DNA of 64,000 nucleotides from an uncultured virus (IMG/VR IMGVR_UViG_3300025133_000062). Its lineage: Duplodnaviria > Heunggongvirae > Uroviricota > Caudoviricetes. Each line of letters starts with the position of its first letter. Position 1 is the stretch's first letter. The translations under genes and the position numbers were made by a program. Of the stretch, positions 56,064 to 64,000 are shown piece by piece. The stretch lies in the IMG/VR virus record IMGVR_UViG_3300025133_000062, one strand, 5' to 3'. The notes beneath the pieces are model-generated. The model saw nothing but the letters and a program-made list of their open reading frames with translations, had not been told where the DNA came from and did not search any database.

Positions 56064-58428
56064 AATATCCTGTAAAAGATATCTTCCGTTTCTCTAACTG
56101 TTCCTGGTTGATATCCCACAGGTCTGCTACCATAGTATTCTTGCCATGAAAAGAAAGAACACCTTCAAGTCCTTCATCAGCAAAAACTTTTTCACAGTCC
56201 TGGGCCATTGCCAGAAGTTCTCCAGTAGTCCAGTAGGCTGTGTTCTTGACAGTCACTTCCATATACTTGGGCTTGGGAGTTTCTCCTCCCTCTATATCTC
56301 CGGTTGTCTCTGTCTTCTCTTCCTTGGTAGGTTCTTCTCTGCAACAATCAAAACCAAACAGATGGATATCTCTAAAACCCATAGTATGCAGGATACCAAT
56401 TGATCTCATGGCTGCACAAGTACCGCCAGTGATCAGGGTGGCACCTTCAGGGATGCCCAGATCTTCTTCTATCTTTACTTGCTGGTTTTGAATCTCCGTT
56501 CCCTGATCCTTTTCTTGTCGAAGAGAATCAGTAAAGGCGTGCCATCCCCAGATCTTTGCTTCCTTTTCAATCAGGAAATTGGTTACAGAGGGGTCTGTCA
56601 TGGAAGCCACAAAGAATCTAGTGTCTGGGTCCAGCTTTTTAAACAAATCTTTCCGTACTATATTATGGGTAGAGACACCAGTAATAGGTCGGGGATCAAG
56701 AATAACACAACCCCACACTTTAATATTGTGTTTTAAAAGATTAGGATAAGCATGTTTAACTGCTAGAATCTTAGCCTCTGGGTTGTCTTTCTGAAACTTC
56801 TTGAGTTCTTTATAATCCAGATAAGGACCGGCAGACACAACAACCGCTGTTTCCCTATGGCCTGAATGTTTTTGCAGCCATTTCTTGGGAGAGATGAGAG
56901 TCATGTTTGCTTTAATATTATTATTAATATAATCTTTAGGTACACAATCTCTAGGATGGACAACAATAGGTACTCTCTTTAAATCTTCCGGTATATCTTC
57001 TATAGAGGTATCATGAAGAAAAACCACAAGGTGAGTATGCCCACCACCAGCCACCCTATCACCGGAAGGGAGAAGGTACTTTCTGGTTGTAGACTTTTCA
57101 TCAAAGGATACCCAGCCATCTTCGGTTGTTTCCTGGGCATCAATCTTTTTTGTCTTAACTTCATCAAAAACATCTTTAACTCCCTGGTATTTTTCTGGAG
57201 GTATCCCCTCAGTCTCATGGTCTTCAGTAAAGAAATGATCTGCCACTACAACAGGGACACCTTTAAAAGCATTGTATTCAATTTGAACTGTTTCTTTACT
57301 GTTACCGCTACCCAGCATAGCAAAGTCTATCTCAGTAGCTGTTTCATGTATTACAAGGCTTTCCAGGGTTTCCCTTACATTTCCCTTGGTTAATTCAAAG
57401 GTGAATGTTTTATTCTCCTTCTCTTTCATATGCTCTGCAAATTCTTCAAACCTTTTTTGCACAGCAGCCTTTGTGTTGTGAGGCTTTACATTAAACTCTT
57501 CATGGTCTGTTTCAGGAGTAGCATCCTCAAACAAATCAAAACCAATATAATGTACAGAGTCAGAGTTTTGAAAAGCAGCAAGAGCCATTTCAATAGCTCT
57601 CCCTCCATTCCATGTGCCGGTTTCAGCAATACAAGAAGGCTTGTAGAAACGAATCAAATCAGCCAACTGCCTGTATCTATTGGGGAGTATATCAGGAGAG
57701 GTATCTGTTTCAGATAGCTGGATGATACGCTTACCAGCACTATCTCTTATGCCCATGTTCTCCCGTTCAGTTAGACTGACAAACATATTCGATAGTCTAT
57801 CATTCTCAATTTCTTGAACCCGCATTCCATGTGCTTGATAAATTGTGATTAGTCTGTTAAGAATAAAAGTATATGTCCACTCTCTGTAGTTGGTAAACTC
57901 ACCTGAAATATAAGCACCTCTTAAATCTCCCAGAAGATCTCCTGGTACTTGCCTACACAAATTAAAAGCCATAAAATAATCTACATCTTTAATTGTTAAT
58001 ATGTCTATTACCCCAGATTGAGGGAAAAGAGCATCTAATTCTTTAACAGAGATTGGTTTAATATTAATTAAAGTAGGATCAAACCAAATAACCCAATTAA
58101 GATTATTAAAGCTGCATTCAGTAACTGCCAAAACTTTGGGTATGTAACGAACAACATCAAGAACTTCACTATATTGGATAGTATTCCCTTCAGTACCGTT
58201 ATGGTGTGAGTAATCTTTAAGGAACTCTGAATATTCAGAGATCTCTAGAAGATTATGGTAATGAATATTCGGAGCTTTGGGAAGTGAATAATTGGATAAG
58301 TCTACATTGTAATAATAACAATGGAAATCTATTTCCTTTTCCCAGTTATCTTTAAATTCATTCAGTAATGAAATTGTGCTTTGCTGTAGAAGAGTCTCAT
58401 CAAAAACTGTTACAAAATTATATTTCAT
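56053..58428 (-). CDS. Tri-domain protein: degenerate GT-A-like domain, SAM methyltransferase, Maf/MptE-like (DUF115) domain
   Basis: WVIWFD region; IAETGTWNGGRA...YIGFDLFE; VVSAGPYL...ILDPR...GFRDIHLFGFDCC. Confidence 0.75.
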   Translation of the reverse strand: MKYNFVTVFDETLLQQSTISLLNEFKDNWEKEIDFHCYYYNVDLSNYSLPKAPNIHYHNLLEISEYSEFLKDYSHHNGTEGNTIQYSEVLDVVRYIPKVLAVTECSFNNLNWVIWFDPTLINIKPISVKELDALFPQSGVIDILTIKDVDYFMAFNLCRQVPGDLLGDLRGAYISGEFTNYREWTYTFILNRLITIYQAHGMRVQEIENDRLSNMFVSLTERENMGIRDSAGKRIIQLSETDTSPDILPNRYRQLADLIRFYKPSCIAETGTWNGGRAIEMALAAFQNSDSVHYIGFDLFEDATPETDHEEFNVKPHNTKAAVQKRFEEFAEHMKEKENKTFTFELTKGNVRETLESLVIHETATEIDFAMLGSGNSKETVQIEYNAFKGVPVVVADHFFTEDHETEGIPPEKYQGVKDVFDEVKTKKIDAQETTEDGWVSFDEKSTTRKYLLPSGDRVAGGGHTHLVVFLHDTSIEDIPEDLKRVPIVVHPRDCVPKDYINNNIKANMTLISPKKWLQKHSGHRETAVVVSAGPYLDYKELKKFQKDNPEAKILAVKHAYPNLLKHNIKVWGCVILDPRPITGVSTHNIVRKDLFKKLDPDTRFFVASMTDPSVTNFLIEKEAKIWGWHAFTDSLRQEKDQGTEIQNQQVKIEEDLGIPEGATLITGGTCAAMRSIGILHTMGFRDIHLFGFDCCREEPTKEEKTETTGDIEGGETPKPKYMEVTVKNTAYWTTGELLAMAQDCEKVFADEGLEGVLSFHGKNTMVADLWDINQEQLEKRKISFTGYYDE

Positions 58429-59197
58429 TTAGGTCTGCTTTCTTTCTAAAGAGGGCTATGTTTGTGTAATCTGCATTCCATTCGGCGGCATACTCGCCAT
58501 CCTTTTCTCTCTTGCATTTCCAATCTTTAAACCAGGGACCACCTGTGGTGAAGTGTACGTTCTTTGCTTCAAGGTCTTCAGGTGAATGACCGTCCAGCCA
58601 GTTCCATTCCTCATGGATAGAACCAATAATACTGTCTCTATTGGGGAGCCACTGGAATTGCTGAAGGTAGGAGCCGTCTAAATTATTTACTACCAGAGGT
58701 GTTAGTTCCTTGTTCATTTCATGACCGCAATTCATAAGCATCAGGCTTGACCAATTCTTTTTGGGGTAGACGGTTTGGATTTGATGATCCATCTTGTATT
58801 CATCTGTGGGTTCATACTTATGTTTAACACAATAAAGAGGAAGGCTAGGATCATCGTACTCTTTGAAAAGCTCTGTGATATCAGTGCGTGGGAACATATC
58901 ACAATCCATAAACAATGCCCACCCCTCCCACTGCATAAGAGCAGGGACAAGAAAACGACTGAAAGAAAACTGAGTTGAGAAAGGCTTTTCATCCTGGTCG
59001 TCAATCATCTGACCGTTAATAATTTTATAAGGTCTGCTTAATAAACCAGCACGTTTAAGGTTTTCTTCTTTTAAAAAAGTAATATCCAGAGTTTCAGGAG
59101 TATCTCTTCGCAAGAGGTATTCAAGTACTGTGGCAGCTATATGTTCTTTGGGGTCATACCCAATAAATATTTTATATATTCTATTTCGTTTCTTCAC
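58418..59197 (-). CDS. GT-A fold glycosyltransferase (GT8/CDI-like), paralog 2
   Basis: IFIGYDPKE, STQFSFSRFLVP, LFMDCDM (DxD), KNWSS, HFTTGGPW. Confidence 0.88.
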   Translation of the reverse strand: MKKRNRIYKIFIGYDPKEHIAATVLEYLLRRDTPETLDITFLKEENLKRAGLLSRPYKIINGQMIDDQDEKPFSTQFSFSRFLVPALMQWEGWALFMDCDMFPRTDITELFKEYDDPSLPLYCVKHKYEPTDEYKMDHQIQTVYPKKNWSSLMLMNCGHEMNKELTPLVVNNLDGSYLQQFQWLPNRDSIIGSIHEEWNWLDGHSPEDLEAKNVHFTTGGPWFKDWKCKREKDGEYAAEWNADYTNIALFRKKADLNEI

Positions 59198-59241
59198 TAC
59201 GTTCTCCTATCGATAGGCCATCAACATCCTTGGCAAAACGA

Positions 59242-60087
59242 TTAGTCTTCATTTACTTGCCACTCCTCTTTAATAGCCTCCCACTCTTGAGCATATATTT
59301 CAGATTGCTTGTCAAGTGGTTCCCATATTTGTCCTCTAAACCAAGGACCGCCTCTTGTGAAATGAACATTTTTTGCATCAATATCTTCTGGTGAATGTCC
59401 ATCCAACCAGTTCCATTCTTCTGGTAACTCTCCTATGTAGTCATTAAAATTAAGCATAACTCCGGTATCTTGTTTTTCTTGGGCATAGTTTTCAATCCAC
59501 ATCAACCTATGCAACCATCTGCCAGTTTTTGTACTAACATCATCTACGGTTAGATATTTGTGTGCCTCATGCTCACAGTTGAATAACATTACTGATGACC
59601 AATTTTTGCGATTGTATTGATACTGTTCGTTCCCATACATTTTGTGAGTTTCATTACTTGCCTGGGTATGATTATGTTTAACACAATACAATGCATATTT
59701 TGGATCATTGTACTTTTCAAATAACTCTAATGGATCACTTCTAAAATACATATCACAATCCATAAACAATGCCCATCCTTCTAATCTGTGTAAGAATGGA
59801 GTTAGAAATCGTGAAAAGGAAAAGTCAGTTGCGAATGGTCGTCCATCTGCTTCATCACGATGTTGAATTTCTTTAGGTGTGTTACCACTTGGTAGCCTAC
59901 TACTGCCAAGCTGCCATGCTCGTCTATATAAACCAATTTGTCTTAACAAATGCTGTTTAATAGGATAAACATTTAATGGTCCTGATGCATGTTTTAATGC
60001 TGTATATTTTAATATTTCATATGGCTCGTCTTCTCTAGGATCATACCCAATATAAATTGTAGGTATACTTTTATTCTCACTTATCAT
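59242..60087 (-). CDS. GT-A fold glycosyltransferase (GT8/CDI-like), paralog 1
   Basis: IYIGYDPRE, TDFSFSRFLTP, LFMDCDM, KNWSS, HFTRGGPW; GAGG RBS before MISENK. Confidence 0.88.
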   Translation of the reverse strand: MISENKSIPTIYIGYDPREDEPYEILKYTALKHASGPLNVYPIKQHLLRQIGLYRRAWQLGSSRLPSGNTPKEIQHRDEADGRPFATDFSFSRFLTPFLHRLEGWALFMDCDMYFRSDPLELFEKYNDPKYALYCVKHNHTQASNETHKMYGNEQYQYNRKNWSSVMLFNCEHEAHKYLTVDDVSTKTGRWLHRLMWIENYAQEKQDTGVMLNFNDYIGELPEEWNWLDGHSPEDIDAKNVHFTRGGPWFRGQIWEPLDKQSEIYAQEWEAIKEEWQVNED

Positions 60088-60102
60088 TTTTTGTTTCCTC
60101 AC

Positions 60103-60143
60103 AAAAGAAGGGGAAGACAACCATCAGTGATGGCTATCTCCCC
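60103..60143 (-). terminator. Rho-independent terminator after hsp20
   Basis: GGGGAGATAGCCATC/GATGGTTGTCTTCCCC stem plus TTCTTTT. Confidence 0.85.
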
Positions 60144-60149
60144 ACGTTG

Positions 60150-60605
60150 TTATTTAAATTCTATGAATTTAGGTTTCTTGTCTTCTGGAATATTTTGATT
60201 AAGTTTAATTATAATCATTCCATCTTTAAAAGAAGCTTCAGTGACTTCAATTCTATCAGAAAGATAAAAGGTTTTGCTGAATGATCTACTGGCAATCCCT
60301 TTATGAAGAACATTCTTCTCTTCTTCTTTATTGCTGTTAGTGCCGCTGATGGTTAGTTCTAATTCTTTTTGAACTATACTCACATCTTCTTGCTTAAACC
60401 CCGCAACTGCAAGCTCTAACCTATATTCAGTTTCAGACTCCTTGATAAGATTATGAGGAGGATAGGTTTGAGAACCTATTTTTGTTGCTTCCACCATAGC
60501 TCTAAATACTTTATCATAGCCAAGTGACCATCTTTGAAAATTATTAAAAGAGTTATGAGGAGCAAGTTCAGAAAACCTCTTGTCCCATTCAAGTGTTACA
60601 TTCAT
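60150..60605 (-). CDS. hsp20: Small heat shock protein (Hsp20/IbpA family)
   Basis: YPPHNL...LELAVAGFK...LHKGIASRSF...ASFKDGM...IPEDKKPK. Confidence 0.95.
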   Translation of the reverse strand: MNVTLEWDKRFSELAPHNSFNNFQRWSLGYDKVFRAMVEATKIGSQTYPPHNLIKESETEYRLELAVAGFKQEDVSIVQKELELTISGTNSNKEEEKNVLHKGIASRSFSKTFYLSDRIEVTEASFKDGMIIIKLNQNIPEDKKPKFIEFK

Positions 60606-60608
60606 AAT

Positions 60609-60631
60609 ATATCTCCTTTCAAGCAAGATAT
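60609..60631 (-). promoter_or_regulatory. ROSE-like RNA thermometer hairpin sequestering the hsp20 SD
   Basis: AUAUCUU-G(bulge)-CU-UGAA-AGGAGAUAU: UUGCU pairs with AGGA. Confidence 0.75.
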
Positions 60632-60663
60632 TATAGAACCCATTATTGGCATTCTATCTGTAT

Positions 60664-60692
60664 AGTATACTATACTTTTAATAACTTGTCAA
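60664..60692 (-). promoter_or_regulatory. sigma70 promoter TTGACA-17-TATACT for hsp20
   Basis: Near-consensus elements with 17-bp spacer and A-rich UP region. Confidence 0.85.
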
Positions 60693-60706
60693 GCTTTTTT
60701 TAAATA

Positions 60707-62425
60707 TTATCCACATTCTTTATTGCCGGTTCCTGGGTCAACAAAACAAGCCATGCCTTCCTGTTCTTCTACAGCATTAAGAATACCATAGCGTTTACCT
60801 GCTGCTCTGAAGGTTGTAACTCCCTTGAGCTTTCCTCTCCATGCTTTGATATAGACATCCTTGAACTCTTCAAAGGTTACACTATCGCCTACATTGATAG
60901 TTTTACTAACAGCAGAGTCTACATAGGGCTGTACTGCTATCTGCATAGCCAGATGATCATCTACATTAAGATCACCGGATACCTCACATCTCAAACCGTA
61001 GTTACGATAGACATAATCCTGCATCTTAATGATGGAAGTGCCTTCCTCAGTCTGTACTGTACGGTCATACTCCAATGCAAACACAGGTTCGATACCCGAA
61101 CTGATATTGTCAGCGGTAAAACTAATAGTACCTGTGGGAGCAACAGAAATAAGATGGCTATTTCTCATACCACATTGACGCAGCTTGTCCTGTAAATCTT
61201 TCGGAAAGCTTTTGATAAACTCACTGTCCAGATAGTTAGGTTTGAAGAATGGGAAGCTTCCTTTCTCTGTGGCTAGATCGGCACTGGCGCTGTAAGCCTC
61301 ATACGTTAAGGTCTTCATAACTTTACGAGTAAATTTAACTGCTTCAAGAGAACCATATTTAAAGCCCAGCAAAGTTAAAACATTGGCAAGCCCAGTAATA
61401 CCAAGCCCCATCCTACGTTTCCTCTTTGCTTCCTTAGACTGAGCATCAAGAGGGTACTCAGTCCTATCAATAACATTGTCAATAGCACGAACAACATGAG
61501 GGATGTCCTCCTTGAGTTGTTTGAAGTTAAAGTAGTTCTCCTCCTCTTTTTCAGTAAGGTAAGGGTTGTTTACTACAGTTAGGTACTTCACAAGATTAAA
61601 ACTCCCTAGTAGACAGGCTCCAAAGGGAGGAAGGGGCTGTTCACCGCAAGGGTTAGTTGCTTCTATAACTTCACAGTAATGAAGATTATTATTCTCATTG
61701 ATACGATCTATGAATAGAATCCCAGGCTCTGCCCAATCCCAGTTGTTACGCATGATCTCATCCCAGAGCATAGAGGCATCTATCTCACCATGATTCTGGT
61801 TCTTAAACCGGAGCATGAAAGGTTTGTTCTTGGATACAGCATCCATAAACTCATCTGTCACACCCACAGAAATATTAAAATTGGTTAGCTGGTTGTCGTT
61901 CTTCTTGGCTCGTATGAACTCCTCTATGTCAGGATGATCCACACGCAGAACTCCCATCATTGCCCCTCTTCTGTGTCCCGCCGAAAGAATTGTGCGACAT
62001 ACTGCATCATATATGTGCATGAATGATACAGGACCGCTGGCAGAGCTATCAAGAGACACAATCCTATCACCACAAGGGCGAATACGACTGAAATCATAGC
62101 CAATCCCCCCTCCTCTACGCATTGTTTCAGCAGCTTCAGAGGCTCGTTGCATAATCGAATCCATAGAGTCTTCAATGAGGCCACTAACAAAGCAATTATA
62201 CGCCGTAACATTCCTTGGCGATCCCATAGCCGCCTGTACTCTACCCGCCGCCATAAACCTTTGATCCAAGATAATATCTTTGTACTGTTTTCTGTGTTCA
62301 TCACTATCTCCCATTGCTGCTGCCTCTCTAGCCTTGGATTCTTCAAAGCTTTCGTTAGGCAATCTATATTTCATTGCATGTAATGATTCGCACACAGGTA
62401 TTTTAGGCCCATAACTGGTCATCAT
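60707..62425 (-). CDS. nrdJ: Ribonucleotide reductase, probably class II (adenosylcobalamin-dependent)
   Basis: NCF, GGGIG, RRGAMM, TNPCGEQPL, ACLLGS, APTGTIS, C-terminal Cys pair; no beta-subunit gene adjacent. Confidence 0.85.
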   Translation of the reverse strand: MMTSYGPKIPVCESLHAMKYRLPNESFEESKAREAAAMGDSDEHRKQYKDIILDQRFMAAGRVQAAMGSPRNVTAYNCFVSGLIEDSMDSIMQRASEAAETMRRGGGIGYDFSRIRPCGDRIVSLDSSASGPVSFMHIYDAVCRTILSAGHRRGAMMGVLRVDHPDIEEFIRAKKNDNQLTNFNISVGVTDEFMDAVSKNKPFMLRFKNQNHGEIDASMLWDEIMRNNWDWAEPGILFIDRINENNNLHYCEVIEATNPCGEQPLPPFGACLLGSFNLVKYLTVVNNPYLTEKEEENYFNFKQLKEDIPHVVRAIDNVIDRTEYPLDAQSKEAKRKRRMGLGITGLANVLTLLGFKYGSLEAVKFTRKVMKTLTYEAYSASADLATEKGSFPFFKPNYLDSEFIKSFPKDLQDKLRQCGMRNSHLISVAPTGTISFTADNISSGIEPVFALEYDRTVQTEEGTSIIKMQDYVYRNYGLRCEVSGDLNVDDHLAMQIAVQPYVDSAVSKTINVGDSVTFEEFKDVYIKAWRGKLKGVTTFRAAGKRYGILNAVEEQEGMACFVDPGTGNKECG

Positions 62426-62718
62426 TAAACAATTCCTTTTTTGTTTGAAAGATTAAAGATTAATTGAGAGTCTTTGTCACCATATTCTAATTGAAGAATT
62501 AACTCTGCATAATGTATAACTTTTTCTATATCTTTTCTTCCATCTCCTTTGGTTCTATGTCTGGTAATATATTTAATAACATTACCTTCAAAATAATTTA
62601 AGTCATTGGCATGAATGTATTCTACTGGCTGGATACCACAGCTTTTGTAATGTGACCCACCAACCTGCTTAGTTAGAGGATCAGTAGATGAGTGAACTAA
62701 CAAGTTTTCTTTTTCCAT
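62425..62718 (-). CDS. DUF3310 (SaV/nucleotide kinase-like) protein
   Basis: QVGGSHYK...IQPVEY...EGNVIKY..R...DIEKVIHY. Confidence 0.85.
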   Translation of the reverse strand: MEKENLLVHSSTDPLTKQVGGSHYKSCGIQPVEYIHANDLNYFEGNVIKYITRHRTKGDGRKDIEKVIHYAELILQLEYGDKDSQLIFNLSNKKGIV

Positions 62719-63058
62719 CTTCAGTTTCTCCTGAGTTAATAACCTTTAAAGCAAATTTTCTAATTTTTACTGGTTCAAATCCTGCATAATCACATATAAT
62801 GTTAAAGTCCTGACAAGAACAGAAGAACCATTCATGCGCTTCCTCTCTTATCTCTTTAGACTCACTGGATTCATATTTATCTTCAGGTCTTGAAGCATCC
62901 AATAAAGCTTGTACTATAATAGCTACATACAAACTTCGATGAGGGTTCTTGTTTGTATATTCATAGATAGATCGTGCTGATACTTTAACATTCATCGTAA
63001 CATTGAACCGGCCTGTAAAATTTACCGCCCACATAATTATTATAAAAGGCAGGTTCAT
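62681..63058 (-). CDS. Conserved phage hypothetical protein (true start probably ~62995)
   Basis: LYVAIIVQALLDA...AHEWF...DFNIICDYAG. Confidence 0.7.
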   Translation of the reverse strand: MNLPFIIIMWAVNFTGRFNVTMNVKVSARSIYEYTNKNPHRSLYVAIIVQALLDASRPEDKYESSESKEIREEAHEWFFCSCQDFNIICDYAGFEPVKIRKFALKVINSGETEDGKRKLVSSLIY

Positions 63059-63386
63059 CTGATCCTTCCAAGGTAGAAGTTAATACTTTATGTTTCATTT
63101 GAAAATAACACTCATAATATCTTAGACTTCTCTTATTCTTGAACTCACCCAAGATGTGGAAAGAAAATTTAGTCTTCCCAATTTTCTTGATGTCTTCACA
63201 TAAATGTTTACTGGAACCCATATAGGACTTCCAGTTTGATTCAGTTTTTCTAGTCTTTCCCTTATACTTTCTGTAATGATAATATTGTTTACAGCCTATA
63301 TAAGCTTTGCCAGTTTGATTATTTGTTATACGGTAGACAAAGCCAAACTGAGACAGGTCTGGCTTCCTCTCATATTGCCAATGCAT
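62985..63386 (-). CDS. GIY-YIG family nuclease-like protein
   Basis: GFVYRITN...KAYIGCKQ...ESNWKSYMGSS. Confidence 0.8.
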   Translation of the reverse strand: MHWQYERKPDLSQFGFVYRITNNQTGKAYIGCKQYYHYRKYKGKTRKTESNWKSYMGSSKHLCEDIKKIGKTKFSFHILGEFKNKRSLRYYECYFQMKHKVLTSTLEGSDEPAFYNNYVGGKFYRPVQCYDEC

Positions 63387-64000
63387 TACCAGTTAAATAC
63401 CTCTGGGACATCAGGCTCTTTAGCAACATGTGTTAAGAATCTTTTTCCTCTGGCATATTGGAATACTCGTAACCCATTTCCATTATTAAGATCAGCCCAA
63501 CAATCTTTTTTGTAAGAACAATAAACACACCCAACGGCAAGCTTGTGGTTACCAGACTTACCATCCGGCACAGCCTCATAACAACGACTAGGTGTTTTAC
63601 TCTGCTGAACAAGATCTTTAAGATACTTTACCCTGTCTCTAGCATTTATCATCTCCATTGAATGTACTCTGGAAAGACAAATCTCTCCGGTAGACTTATC
63701 TATAGCTAGGAAAGCCGCCTCATCCAGACCATTGGCTTCGGCATAGGCTGAGATTTGAGCTATATATCCAAAGGGATCTTCATAAGCTAATGAATTATTC
63801 TTAAACTTCTGAAAGCCTGGACCTGACGCACTTTTACAATCCACCAGAACACCATCAATCAATGAGTCCTGATGTCCCTTCACTCCCTCTAACTCCACCT
63901 CTTTCTGCTGGTCAGTAACTTCATGACCGGCAATAGAAGAACAGAGAAGAAGAAGTTCCTCCAAGATATACCCATATAAGAATTTAATTTTAGTGCTGGG
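63386..64000 (-). CDS. PD-(D/E)XK (Cas4-like) exonuclease, 5'-truncated by window end
   Basis: GHQDSLIDG...DCKSAS...YIAQISAY...CVYCSYKKDCW. Confidence 0.8.
   Translation of the reverse strand, partial: PSTKIKFLYGYILEELLLLCSSIAGHEVTDQQKEVELEGVKGHQDSLIDGVLVDCKSASGPGFQKFKNNSLAYEDPFGYIAQISAYAEANGLDEAAFLAIDKSTGEICLSRVHSMEMINARDRVKYLKDLVQQSKTPSRCYEAVPDGKSGNHKLAVGCVYCSYKKDCWADLNNGNGLRVFQYARGKRFLTHVAKEPDVPEVFNW

Larger units (their letters stand above)
39637..64000. mobile_element. Phage B: partial AT-rich podophage (tail, ejection, lysis, glycosylation and nucleotide-metabolism genes)
   Basis: Visible drop in GC after ~40.9 kb. Carries a second, divergent set of tail, ejection, endolysin, holin and TerS genes, but no capsid or TerL in the window. 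Confidence 0.85.

Noticed and set aside
60707..60715. Perfect DnaA box TTATCCACA
   Set aside because: Single copy formed by the RNR C-terminal Cys-Gly-stop codons; lies in phage B, not the phage encoding the DnaA-IV protein
63386..64000. Cas4 as evidence of a CRISPR-Cas system
   Set aside because: Stand-alone Cas4-like exonucleases are routine in phage replication modules; no array or other cas genes
39637..64000. Host chromosome flanking an integrated prophage
   Set aside because: The genes are phage tail, ejection, lysis and terminase genes, and attP is intact and internal rather than split at the boundary

Overview
The window holds two unrelated phage genomes joined inside a shared tail-spike gene. 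(A) 1-39509 is a complete, circularly permuted ~39.5 kb temperate podophage. Its control and replication region has a tyrosine integrase/xis with an intact attP carrying the 3' part of tRNA-Phe(GAA), a cI/cro switch, a Sak/YqaJ/SSB recombination module and a lambda-O-like initiator with an internal origin. Its structural and lysis region has TerS/TerL, a T7/BPP-1-like portal-scaffold-capsid-adaptor-nozzle-ejection module, tail fibres and an M15 endolysin/holin. No DNA or RNA polymerase was seen, and the host is probably an alphaproteobacterium (inference). (B) ~39637-64000 is a visibly more AT-rich partial podophage: tail and ejection genes and lysis genes, then a leftward block with TerS, holin, a glycosyltransferase/methyltransferase/Maf-like cluster, Hsp20, a class II ribonucleotide reductase and nucleases. 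Positions 1-127 are exactly repeated at 39510-39636, the signature of a k=127 assembly junction, so the A-B fusion is probably an assembly chimera through a shared receptor-binding gene. The most notable unexplained signals are: a ~470-nt multi-branched structured non-coding element upstream of terS; a repeat-delimited array of small basic ORFs behind the portal; an ImmA/IrrE-like HExxH domain inside an ejection protein of a phage whose repressor lacks its autocleavage dyad; a phage glycan-modification operon; and a ROSE-type RNA thermometer on the phage hsp20. All family assignments come from motif recognition by eye, not from database searches.
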